DNA of 64,000 bases from Antedon mediterranea (taxonomy: Eukaryota > Animalia > Echinodermata), in contig NC_092674.1 of the NCBI RefSeq assembly GCF_964355755.1, forward strand, positions 23,622,001 through 23,686,000, read 5' to 3'. The first letter of the stretch is position 1; each line of letters begins with the position of its first letter. The position numbers and the translations under genes are program-made. Under the pieces are notes generated by a model. That model was not told the origin of the DNA. It searched no databases and worked only from the letters and a program-made list of their open reading frames with translations. This document shows positions 36,601 to 47,758 of the stretch, piece after piece.

Positions 36601-38158
36601 AGTTTGGGGTTGTTCATGTTTAAAGACAGAAGAATGTCCCTCTTTACATGTGGCGTTGCTGTAGCAGTCAATGCAATACATGGTATATCAGATAATAACC
36701 GTTTGACTTTTCCGAGTTTCAGATAATCGGGGCGAAAATCATGTCCCCACTGGGAGACACAATGAGCTTCGTCTACTACAAAATAACTTAATAATTTCTT
36801 CTTTTTTAAACTGATCAGAGTGTTTTGAAAGTGTTGTTGTGCAGCCAATTCTGGTGTTATGTACAGAAGTTTAACCGTTGGATTTTTTTGGTTTAAATCA
36901 TCTAAAATCTCTTGTCGTTTTGTAGCACTAAGTTTTGAGTTTAAACTTTCTGCTTTAATTTTAAACTTTTTCAGATGTTCAAGTTGATCTTGAATGAGAG
37001 CAATCAGAGGCGATATAACAATCGCTATCCCTTGATGCATCATGGCAGGAAGTTGATAACAAAGAGACTTCCCAGCTCCAGTTGGCATTGAAATAAAAAC
37101 ATCATTCTTTCCTGAAAATAAAAATGTTTTATCAATTTACTTGGATGGATGGCAAGAAGGAAGAGATTATTAGATTTAATTTTAAGATGATTTTTTTACA
37201 GTCATGTGAGGGTGATCGTTCAGAGGCAATAAGAATTTACATTAATTAGGCTTTTCTGCCCTGTTCTGATCTTTTTACAGGTCATAGCAAGGCCTAATAG
37301 TAATTAATGATGCAATAAATATAACAATATTTACAGCATACTACAGACAGGTAGGCCTATAATAGTATACAAATAATGAATGTTTATGAGTGCAATGGTA
37401 CAAATAATGGCACGAGGTGAATGATGAAAGGTTATATCAACGAGGCAAAGCCGAGTTGATATAACCTTTCATCATTCACCAAGTGCCATTATTTGTACCA
37501 TTACACGAATACAAAACATTCATTATTTGTTTTATATAACATCTAGACGTTTTTTTTTCGTACACAAAAATGTTTCAAAAAGAACTATTTAACGATCGTT
37601 GAATAGTGCGTACTATTGCACGCCATGTGACCCACATTCGTCCAATCAAATGACAGGAATTTATATAGGTGTTATATAATATATTATAATGACTCTGGAC
37701 ATTCACAAATTTTAAAAAAGTAACTGAAAGAAAGTAACTGAAAGAAAGTAACTGAAAGTAGCCCAGCTAGGCTAATTAATTAAATAAACATACATATATT
37801 TAAGAATACTAAGATTCATTCAATCATATAACCTACCATCTGTAACACAACGAACTGCTGCTTTCTGAACATCACTTTTAAAGTGTTTATGTCCGAATGT
37901 TTTCTGTAAAACTTTGTACAATCTGTCTTCAACTGTCTCAGCAACAGGCGGAAGGCCAGCTTCAGAAGTCTCTTTCTTGGTAGACGTATTTTTGACAACG
38001 TCGTCTTGGCCTGGGCCTAGGCCTAGGCCTACGTACGAGTCTTTTTCAGTAATGAAATCTGTTATCTTCTTGTTATTTACGTCAATTTTCGCCTTCTTCA
38101 GTTTTGTTGACCTTTTTGGTTTTAAAACATGAGTTTTCACTAAATCTATAGATGACAT
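21650..38158 (-). CDS. RECQL5: ATP-dependent DNA helicase Q5 (RecQ5), complete 16-exon model, 1078 aa
   Basis: Exons in transcription order: 38158-37837, 37111-36480, 36256-36039, 35325-35154, 33456-33380, 31816-31586, 31265-31121, 30742-30706, 30410-30355, 29600-29509, 29214-29118, 24809-24687, 24518-23935, 23276-23030, 22725-22653, 21780-21650. All are GT-AG with matching phases, total 3237 nt. Motifs: [53 protein letters not shown], Zn domain CRH...[11 protein letters not shown]-like CPLRDA...[13 protein letters not shown]...MYKAK, BRCv-like FQTA, SRI-like [10 protein letters not shown]...DLFKALAR. The KIX, BRCv and SRI motifs identify it as RECQL5. Confidence 0.95.
22127..22451. mobile_element. 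TTAA-flanked MITE (Kolobok-like) in RECQL5 last intron
   Basis: TTAAAGATGTATTGTCCCTT...AAGGGACAATACATCTTTAA perfect TIR. Confidence 0.75.
24990..28004 (+). pseudogene. PAPPA: Pappalysin (PAPP-A family metzincin) 5'-truncated, disabled copy nested antisense in RECQL5 intron 11
   Basis: Zn motif [11 protein letters not shown], Met-turn NYMSY, a DDGN..N.DGC repeat, several CCP/sushi modules and a C-terminal LNR ([15 protein letters not shown]...RDP) ending at TAA 28002-28004. The reading frame is split over many ORFs by frameshifts, stops and deletions, and conserved Cys residues appear lost. Only one intron is seen (25491-25566, GT-AG, phase 1). Confidence 0.9.
28250..28813 (+). repeat. 45-47 bp G-rich minisatellite, ~12 copies
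   Basis: Unit GTTAAGGGGGGATGTGGATAGAGGTGCTTGTCACCTGTTATGTATAT. Confidence 0.95.
29824..30286 (-). mobile_element. Non-LTR retrotransposon 3' fragment (Rex/Babar or L2-like)
   Basis: [17 protein letters not shown]...[13 protein letters not shown]...DPSHPLH...RSGR...TNRF, followed by a 3' UTR and an (ATCTTGT)n tail. Confidence 0.75.
33535..35075 (+). repeat. Higher-order minisatellite in RECQL5 intron 4 (113 bp, then 83 bp, then degenerate ~30-35 bp units)
   Basis: CAATGAAGAT recurs at 113 bp spacing (33651, 33764...) and then 83 bp spacing (34103, 34186, 34269...). The subunit is ...TGGTACAGGG... Confidence 0.95.
37369..37680. mobile_element. Palindromic non-autonomous element (long hairpin with central GAGGCAAAGCCGAG); relatives at ~8170-8340, ~21010-21420, ~58195-58680
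   Basis: ~75 bp near-perfect inverted arms at 37369-37530. Shared end CCAATCAAATGACAGGAATTTAT.TAGGTGTTATATAAT with 58640-58680. Confidence 0.6.
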
Positions 38159-38159
38159 C

Positions 38160-38345
38160 CTGACAGACAGACCCAAATAAAAAACATTAAAATCTGGTTA
38201 CCTGGCTAGGCCTAGCCGTTTAGTACTAGAAGTAGTAGACACACGAGCGAAACAAGTGTTTCTTGCCTGCGATGCTGTCACGTCTAAACACGTCAGGAAG
38301 AGATCCTTCGACCGTGCATGCGATTTTTAAATGACCCACAGGTCA
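38160..38345. promoter_or_regulatory. Putative RECQL5 promoter region
   Basis: Immediately upstream of the RECQL5 ATG and locally CpG-richer. Contains CACGTC x2 (CRE-like), CAGGAAG (ETS-like), GCATGCG (NRF1-like) and the palindrome GGCTAGGCCTAGCC. Inferred from position only. Confidence 0.4.
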
Positions 38346-41300
38346 AAATTTACGTCACAGACGGTTTTCTGCTGTTTCACCTTTGCATTTATAGGGATAC
38401 GAATAAAACTGTAATTTATTCACTAAAAGATTTAAGTTCAACAAAAGAATATCGGCATACTATATATAAATATAAAAACATAAATAACAATAAACAAATA
38501 TAAGTTTTCACGCACATCATTTTGGGCATCATGCGTGCAAACTTACAACTTATTTTTGCATAAACAATACTCAGTTGTCGATTAACATTCAGATCAACAT
38601 GTAAGAAGGTCGGAAAAAAACAGAGTTGGCCATTTTTGGAAAATAAGATAATTAATAACAAATGTTTTTGAACGATTCGTTTTAATTCTAGGAATACCGA
38701 ACACACGGTGTATTTTAAGAATGTACAGAGCAGAAGGAGCACATTTCAATTATAAGGAGTTTAGTACACACATGCAAATGAATTGTAAGAAAAAGTTTTA
38801 GCAAGTTTGCTAATGTAAACCAGTTAAAAAACTGCAGAAAACAAATTTTGCAGAAATGTCTACATTTAGCAAACATAGCATGGTTTGCAAATTCGAAAAA
38901 ACTCCAAGTTTGTAAACAAAAAAATGGCAAGATTGGAATGTGTAGACTATGCTTATGTACGGGTACTGTACATAGCTGGGCCCCGAGCTGGGCCCGCTGG
39001 GAGACCACTCTTTGATTAAAGAGGTTACCCAGTAGGCCTATAAAATAAAATAACAAATAACAAATATAAATATAATCAACTAGGAGGAAATTACCTTATA
39101 AGGTTAAAACACATCCAGTCACGAAATGCTATGGCATTAGGCAAATCAAGAAAGCTGAAAATAAATAATTTTTTATTAATCTTTATCGTTTGCTTCAGGA
39201 GAGCAACTTGACTGTTTTAAAAGTTCTGAAATTGTGGTGGCCACTTGCGATTGTCCGAGGTGTTCAAACAATCAGCAGACCAATTGTTAACTTGTTTATA
39301 GCCAGAGATCTAAATGGGTCAGATGAGGCTATTACAGTAAGACCAAGATGCTTTTGCAAATTAAGGAGAAAACATAGCTACTGGGCTTTGTAACAATCTG
39401 TCATTTCACTCTATACATTAATTACATGAGTAATGATCGTTGGATTGTCAAAATTGAATGATTGATTGATAAAATCGTATCTGTATATCTGTATTTTCAC
39501 ATTCTTTCACTCTTGTTTATTTTGTTGCAATTTAAGGAACTCATTTCAAATACCATCAAAAGTATACAAATATTCATTAATGAATTGAAAATAAAATAAA
39601 ATTCATAATTGATTTTTGGGCAGCAGTTTTTACTATTACGTGTATTATTTCTGCTCGTAGCATGCTCTGCGTAGCATCGAATATACCCAGTAAGTAAATT
39701 TCCTATGGTTAGATAAATTTAAAAACTTTAAATATATCTTTTAGTATAATGTTTTTTTTTCTTCGTATTAAAGGCCTTAGCAGTTCTGACAATTGTATTC
39801 CAAATAGCATTTGCTTCATTTCATTGGTTAGATGACATAAAATCTATACAGCCTGCTTTTTTGAAGGTAAGAAATTAAAATGTGGATATTGATTAAAGGT
39901 TTGCTTGGAAATTAAACATTAGTGACGTTATCGCAATCCCAATTTTACTATAATATGTGGATCTTAGTTCATTACAATATTACCATATTTTATATATTTT
40001 TCCCTACTGTGTGTAAGGCAAAACATATGTCTTACTTATCCAGATTTCTGCAGGTAGAATATGTATTCATGCGTGGAGAAACATACAAGTCATATATTGA
40101 AGTTTATAACTTACGTAACATCCGAAATATAATAATTCCATTTTGTACCACATTATATCGTTTATCTTTTGTCCCATATATTATAGCATATTGGAACGAG
40201 TTCTAAAACGAGTAATAAAATCAAAAATTCTTCATCTCTTTATTAGTTTAAATTATATTATTGACAACCAACTTGTTTAAAACAGAAAAACGTTCGTATT
40301 ATGATACAGTTGTTAAGAAGGTTAACCAGATTCACACTAAGTAAAATTTTTATTTTTGGATCCGATCTTCTTTCGAGATTGTGAAAATGCTTTTTAGTTT
40401 TATTATGTACAACAATTCTGGAGGAATTTATTGATATTTCTGTTAGTTTCTTTGCTGTTATAATATGTTGTATTAATTCTTATCTGAGGCGTCTTGAAGC
40501 TAAGGTGGTTCCACCTTGTGAGGCACCTCTGTGTAAATATTGAGAACAAAAAAAAACCTTGAACAATTTACACACAGATAATGGTAACAATTTACAACTT
40601 ACCGAAAGCTGCTTTTTATGAATAAAGCAATATCTTCGTTCTGAATTTAAATATTTTCCAGCTGGCATAATAAAAAAAAAAATTAAATCTCAATTCAAAT
40701 CAAAATTTTAAATAATTCCCAAAATATGTAGGCCTATTTTTCATTCTTTTTCAAACCAGTAATATTTTCAAATTTATAATTTAAAAAAAATCCATAATTA
40801 GACTATATTTAGCATTATTAATATACTTGTGGTACTAAATTACCTTTGATCTGCAAAATTAAACTTGAAAAAAGGCCCATCTTGAATCAAGCCCACTTTT
40901 CAAGATAGTATTTGGAGTTTAAAAAAACGTATGGTGATAGTTAAATTAATGTTATTAAATCAAAATAAATTATATGCCTAATGCAGAAAAGGTTGGAAAA
41001 TATAAAGTCGGAAACATTCCTAAATGGAATAATTTAAATAGTTTTTTTTTAATTTGTTCTATTTCTCCACCTTTGACTATTACTACAATGTCAACAAAAA
41101 CTTAAAAGAAGGAATATTTTAAAACTAAGCTGACCTGAATAAAGGTCTGTTTCTATGTATATGTTGTTGTATTGTATGGAATTATGAAAATTAAAATATA
41201 AAAAAAATTCATTTGGAATGTTACATTGTAATGAGATACTAAATTGAAAATTAATTTATATTAACTGTTAATACTTATTTGCATTAATGTCTTATATTAA

Positions 41301-43038
41301 TACTATTTTTTTCTTTTAGAAAACAGAGAGCACATTTGTAGACAGAAAACATATAAGGAACTTTGATATATGTTGTGTTACTCTGGGATTTGCGGTAATA
41401 ATGATTGTGATCTTTAATTACAATCCTTTGAACTACAAAAAAGACCTAGCCTTACTGTGGCAATGTTTTACTTTAGTCCTAGCAATAGACCTAGCAATTT
41501 ACTGATATTCCATTATTAGTTGTCTGCTTAATGAAGGAGATTACACTCCTCCCTTAATCCCTTTCTCTTATTTTGCACCTTAATCCCTTTCTCTTATTTT
41601 GGAGGATCTACAACCTTTAGTGTTGGATATAATTGTGATGGGCTTTCTGAATGGGTTTATTCCTATATTTTTCTCTCTTTTTCTGTTTATTTTCTTTCTA
41701 ATTTGATCCCTGAAACAGGTCTTATTAATAGTGTTACTTATAATTATTTATATATTGCTATATATATAATATATAATTAATTTATATTTAACTTTTTCAA
41801 AATAAAAGTGTGAACATGAATAAAAAACCCACATAATCTCATAATCAAAGATGTAACAATTAGGTTACAAATTGACAATTGACAATGCGTTAATAACAAT
41901 TGATTGAAAATTAGACCATAAGTGTCGGCGGGGGATAACTCAAATTGATTTACACTTTTGAAACCTATAGTGATGTGCTGTAAGAATTGTATACAAGATT
42001 CAGAAGCAATTTAATTAAATCCCTTACTGTCGAAAAGAACTACAATGATTTGTATTGTTTTTAGGTATTTTTTTAGTCTATTTTGGATCCCCGGAATTGT
42101 GGTAATTTTTTACACAAGTACTTTAGGCGTGTCTGAAGAGATTGCTGAGATGTGCGTGGTACCATTACAGATGTTTTCGGTGTTCACCTTAATAGGTAAA
42201 ATTACTTTGGCTGTGTTATAATTATAAATAGAGGTACCCAGTCAGAGGAATGTTGTGACCTTTGACCCTAAGCTTTAACGACTCCATGAATACTATTGAC
42301 TAAGTTTAATCAAATGCCCACAACTCTCACAAAATACTTAACTCGCCACCGGATGGTCTGTTTTAACATCAACTTGGAAATGGTAAAGTTATGGTATTAT
42401 GTCAATATAACTATTAATTTACTCTTTTGAGATGATCCCTTTACCTAACTTTCCTTTATTTGGTATGCAACACAACAGGTTAATGTATAGGCCTACACCC
42501 CTGTGGAGAATCTAAAGTTATGAACACCACATAAGTGGGATGAAGGACCAGTCATACTGATCAAATTTGGAGGAAATCCAAGTTGTCTTATCGTTTTAAA
42601 ATGTTGTCAGAAATAAACGACTGAAAAACAGAACCTAGTTAGCCGATGCTGGCTTAGTAATAATATTACAGTACACTATTTCTAAACAGAAGTAAAAAGG
42701 CCTTGTTTCTAATTATTGTCTTTTTTAGTTGGATGGCGATCTCATGTTACGTCATGGTTGATATTACATAAGAAGACGGCGGTAGTGTTTCCTAGCTCTG
42801 TTATACGAATGATCATATTTTTCGCCGTTTTGAATCTATTTCCACTACTTGGGTATGTTGTATGTTCTATGTTCACTGACGTTTATCTGACGGGTCCATG
42901 ATTTGTTTAGAAAAGGACGGAAGGCCTCTCTTTTATAAATAACACATCTGTCAAACCATGTATATGCAAAAGGCGAAAGACAAATTATAACTAGAAGTCC
43001 ACTCCGAGAGTGCATACCACCTACTGTAATATTCGCTT

Positions 43039-43056
43039 ACATAAGATTTCACCTGG

Positions 43057-43111
<55 letters not shown>

Positions 43112-43624
43112 TTAATTAAATTTCAGTATATCACCGGGCGGTTTAGAATTAATGTTCTTTGCCTAATGTGTTTATATATATAAAAAAAAGTATCTCTTCT
43201 GAGATCCCGCTTCGTGAATAAAAATACTGATTAGATGAGGGCGTATCAATTTGATCTCTGGTGCGCGTGCGTACAATTGAGGACTAGTGCTGTTCCGCCG
43301 CCGTACCACGCCGAGAATGTTAAAGAGTCGCTATCCAATTGAGTTTGAACAATACCATGAAAGCCCCAGTGGTCTAATGGTTAGGGCAACTGCATATCAA
43401 GCAGACGGTCCGAGTTCGAGTCTCGGTTGGGGCGACTTTTTCTCATTCTCACAGATTTCCCATCTTTATCGTTTCAAATTAATTGATTAAATTTCAGTAT
43501 ATCACCGGGCGGTTTAGAATTAATGTTCTTTGCCTGATTTGTTTATATATATATATATATATATATAGCCCGGTGATATACTGAAATTTAATTAATTAAT
43601 TTGAAACAATAAAGATGAGGAAAT

Positions 43625-43658
<34 letters not shown>
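43039..43658 (+). mobile_element. (TA)n-embedded element: direct repeat, spacer, tRNA-like gene, direct repeat, plus an inverted partial copy
   Basis: A ~70 bp direct repeat (AATTAAATTTCAGTATATCACCGGGCGGTTTAGAATTAATGTTCTTTGCCT) occurs at ~43109-43175 and ~43478-43545. An inverted copy of 43453-43510 lies at 43568-43627. (TA)n tracts at 43039-43108, 43544-43567 and 43628-43658. Confidence 0.75.
43363..43434 (+). tRNA. tRNA-like cloverleaf, anticodon ATC (Asp-like); probably element-borne or pseudo-tRNA
   Basis: Acceptor GCCCCAG/TTGGGGC, D arm GTCT-AATGGTTA-GGGC (A box), anticodon stem CTGC/GCAG with loop ATATCAA, perfect T arm CCGAG-TTCGAGT-CTCGG (B box), followed by TTTTT. A32 and an A27:A43 mismatch are atypical. 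Confidence 0.7.
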
Positions 43659-43662
<4 letters not shown>

Positions 43663-44904
43663 GTCTTAATGCTGTGTGTGTGATTAGGCTAAATTCACCA
43701 CAACCATGTGTATGCGAATTTGGTTTAACGTTTATGTAACCAGCTTTTCAACTAACAATAGTTTCAGATGACTAACAAGAACAGCAACGCCAAAAACAAA
43801 CGGGTGAATCTGAAAAGAAATATGTTTTTAAAAACTACTCGTATTAAAAGGCTTATACATTAAATAGAATTATGTTTTAATATTACAAATCATAAATTAT
43901 AACCCTTGCCTCTTGTATAACAATGAGGTTTTTTTTTTTTTGGATATCAAATTGTTCTTAAGAAAATGCAATTTCTTTTAACACTAACAGGTCTGACAAT
44001 AATAATAAAAAGTGGTCCGGAATTGCCTCCAACATTTAATGGAGTGGTCCTTGACCATATATCTATCTTTATTTAAATTTAGCTAAAGATCTTGCAATAA
44101 CATTTTGTCTGAGTAATCTCGCTAACAAACAAACAGACAGACAAAAACACGCGATCGACTACATATACCTCCTTGGCGGAGGTAATTTATGAAACCACAA
44201 CAGGTTTCATGAAGGTGATACACGAACTTCCATTGCCGTTCGCCACTCTTTGACATAATTATGCTGGCATTATAAAGTAACTAATGTAGGTACGTTTATC
44301 TCCTGATTTTTTTACTGTTACAGGATACATGGAGCACCTTTAGGAGTTGCAGCACTTCTGTTTGGATTCATAGCGGAATCACTATCCGTCCAAATAGCAA
44401 CATTTTTTGTAGAATACAAAATGGTCAGTCTTATCGATTGTTTTGTTTTTAGTTGTAACTAATAACAGTATTATAAGTTGTTTAAGTTGATGTTTTAAAT
44501 ACCATTAAAAGTGAATTTAAAACAAACCTTTTTATTACAAATGTCAATACAGAAAAGAAGCCTCCGTCTAGTTGCATCAAGCAAGCAATATGGAACGGCA
44601 ACATCGTCGACTACTGAAATCGAAATGATATCTTAGAGGGAAAAGAATACCTCGTAATCACAGATGCACTATTTAGCTGTAAAAACAAATGTTGTAGTCA
44701 CTAAAAACACATTAATATAGAAAATATTTTAGGGCTCGTGAAACAAAATAAATTAAACAGGTTATGTTTAAAATTATTGATATCTTGTGATTTAAAACAT
44801 AAACACCATAATAAATTCCAGTTATTTAATTGGACGATTGTGGATCACATGGTGTGCAATAATACGCACTATTTAACGGTCGTTCAATAGTACTTTCAAA
44901 TGCA

Positions 44905-45256
44905 AATAATTTATCCAGGTACGCCAGTTGGTGCAGGGCCACATGCAACACATTTCTCCAGGTACGTCAGTTGGTACAGAGTCAATGAAACTAATTTCTC
45001 CAGGTACGCCAGTTGGTACAGGGCCAAATGCAACTAATTTCTCCAGGTACGTCAATTGGTACAGGATCAATGCAACTCATTTCCCTAGGTACTTCAGTTG
45101 GTACAGGACCAATACAACTCATTTATCTAGGTGCGTCGGTTGATACATGGGTAAAATGCATATAATTTCTCAAGTTGCGTCGGTCGGTACAGGGCCAAAT
45201 GCAACTCATTTCTCATTTCTCCAGGTGCGTCGGTTGGTAAAGGGGCAAATGCAACT
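44905..45256 (+). repeat. ~43 bp degenerate tandem repeat (single remnant at ~58730-58785)
   Basis: Unit CAACT.ATTTCTCCAGGTACG.CAGTTGGTACAGGG.CAAATG, about 8 copies. Confidence 0.85.
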
Positions 45257-45409
45257 ATAAGCTCTTGAGGAAAATTAGCATTATCATCAACTCCACATCA
45301 CCCACAAAATGTGAGTTTTGACATTCAATCATAATCATCAAAAGACCATTATTATCTTAAACCGGGCCCACGTGATTGATCGGTCTGATTTTAAAAGTTT
45401 CCAAAACTA

Positions 45410-46985
45410 AATTTTATTTATTTTATTTTTATTTTTTATTTGAACCAGATTTAATGAGAGTGATCCATCCAGCAATTGCTGATAATTTGGGACCCTCAGA
45501 ACAGATAATGCACAAATACAACTAAAACAGAAAAGGTTAAGAAACACAAAAGCCTATAAATGAAATAAATTACATAAGATTTAAAAATCTGAATAAGAAA
45601 ATTTGGAATAGTAAATATGTTAAATTAAGCAACAATAATAAATATATATACTTAGATCTAATATTTACAACGTCTAGAAAAGTATTACATAGTTTGGAAA
45701 AAGTCTAGTTTTGAATTGCAGATACATATGAGAAAGACTATGGAGCTGAAGGACAGTTTGAAAATTTCTTTTTTGGAGTCTTTTCTGAAGATGAATAGTA
45801 TGGGCTTGTCTAAAGTGATCATCAGAGAGGTGTGACATAGGATGAAGTTTGAGAATAATGAATAAAGCTCTGTTTTGGATTTTTTTGTAGTTTATAGTTA
45901 GTTATTATTGGAGTTAGAACCCCAGACTGAGCAGCAGTAATCAAATCGGGAAAGAAATAAAGCATTATAAAGAAAAAGACATGTCGACTGGTTGATAAAT
46001 TTAGAGGTGCGTGCAAGAAGAAGGAAGTTTGTTGAGTTGAGTTTTTAACATAAAGCAGAAGTGTGCAATTTCCCAGATTTTCCAGATCTAAATTAGTAAG
46101 TCCAGAGGGAATATCATTAATAATGGTTTTAAATTTATATAGCGCAAAATACAAATAGTCTCTATGCGCTGTTTAGTACAAGTGTGAAAATGAAAATGTT
46201 GATGTAAAATAAACCACAAAATAGCCTAAGAAAACAGAATAAATTGACCAAGACAACAGAAAAGGTCCGAAAACGGAATCTCATATCACCACACTGTTTC
46301 ACTAACTTGTCAAGACAAGCTAGCTATTTATTCCCAAGTGTCATAGTGATATGAGCATCTGACTATCCTGCCTACTAACAAACAATAAAATGAATAAAAT
46401 ATATAAAAAGAATAAGAGAGGTCCAAGAATGGAGCCTTGCGGGACTCCCGCATAAACAGAACTGATGTCAGATAGAGTGTGTTGTCATATACCACTTGCT
46501 GACTACGTGATGTTAAGTAAGATTTAAACCAGGCAGAAGCAAGAGAAGAAGAAGAGGGGAAGTTTGGAGAGAAGAATTGTATGATTAACTGTGTCGAAGG
46601 CTTTTCTAAGATCTATGAAGATGGAACCAGTGAGTTTTCTTTGATTAGTTTTATTAAGCCTGTTATCCTAGGTATTTGTAAGTGCAGTAAGCGTAGAATG
46701 TTTAGGTCTGAAGCCAGATTGAGAAGAGTAAATAATGTTATTTTCATTTAGGTAAGAATAGAGTTTTAAAGAGACAGCTTTTTCAATTATTTTAGAAGAT
46801 ATAGGGAGAATAGAGATTGGTCGATAATTGTTTAGTAGTTTTTTTTGGCCAGATTTAAAGACAGGTGTAACTTTAGAGTGTTTCTAAAGAGATGGAAATA
46901 TACCAGAGTTCAGGATAAATGATAGATGAGAGGATATAATTGGGGCTGCTGTTTTTAAAGGTTTACCAGTTATATTGTCAAAACA
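45410..46985 (-). mobile_element. Degenerate CR1/L2-group LINE RT fragment between ANKH A and B
   Basis: Minus strand has remnants of NYRPISILP, IDL.KAFDTVNH.ILL and GVPQGSILGPLLF (~46410-46447), with an A-rich tail at ~45410-45440. It is absent from the paralogous interval downstream of copy B. Confidence 0.75.
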
Positions 46986-47758
46986 AGAAATATCTACACT
47001 GTACCTTCATTTATATATTCGCATTCATTCATCATTGCTTAGTTAGATGGAGCAATCTGTTGTTCTGCCCTCTATAATAATTATATAATTCTATGACACG
47101 AATCAATAAAGTATATCATGCAAGTCGTAATTAATATCTGAGCATGTTTTACATAATGCTACTATATCGACTTATTATTTCGTACGTACGACTTTATCTC
47201 GTACATACGACTTATTATGTCGTAGGTATGATTTACCATCTCGTACGACTTATACTTGAGGTATAACAATAATGTAAATGTTATAACAAACAGTAAAAAC
47301 TATATAACAGGCCGTATATCCAGCGCGTAGCATAACAAAAATTAAACTAACAATTATAATGAACGGTATGCATTATGTTTTTCTATGGGTTGGGACTCGA
47401 GTACAATAATTTACACATGACCGGAATTTTACTAGCTGAGGTTTTAAACTACGGCGGTGTAGCATGGGTGGGCTACACGCTCTCTGAGGTGGGTTTCTTC
47501 TAGTTGTATATGTTTATCACATTAAAATATAAATATAATAAATAATTGGAAAAAAGAACATTTCTAATAACTTATTACTACAAACCAGATGAACATTTTC
47601 AATCATTATGAATGATGACATATTGGAAATAAAATTATTATTCTTACAGCTGATGATTGAAAAGTATGAAGAAAAAAAATGTTTTTACGCTGGTTGTTAT
47701 TATCAAAAGGGCATAATTAATCTAACACATTTAATGCTATGTCACCGGTTTAAAAACT

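Larger units (their letters stand above)
42989..44186 (-). mobile_element. HINE-like element in ANKH A intron 10, host of the tRNA-bearing element
   Basis: Ends AACTAGAAG.CACTC.GAGAGTG and ACCTCCTTGGCGGAGGTAAT with (ACAA/ACAG)n. Absent at the paralogous site in copy B (GACAAATAATTATGAAACCAC), with no target duplication. Confidence 0.6.
39199..44636 (+). pseudogene. ANKH: ANKH copy A: exons 6-12 only, +1 frameshift in exon 9
   Basis: Exons 39199-39336, 39774-39866, 41320-41394, 42065-42195, 42729-42852, 44324-44423, 44553-44636 are highly similar to copy B. Exon 9 has 7 T after GTA (6 in copy B), giving GTA TTT TTT TAG. No exons 1-5 lie between it and RECQL5. Confidence 0.8.

Noticed and set aside
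43182-43362. Hammerhead ribozyme inside the tRNA-bearing element, and ORF 43287-43490
   Set aside because: No CUGANGA...GAAA core on either strand. The ORF runs through the tRNA-like sequence and has no recognisable homology.
43391-43403. Reading the tRNA-like anticodon as TCA (selenocysteine or opal suppressor)
   Set aside because: The CTGC/GCAG stem centres the 7-nt loop on ATC. There is no long variable arm or 9/4 fold as in tRNA-Sec.
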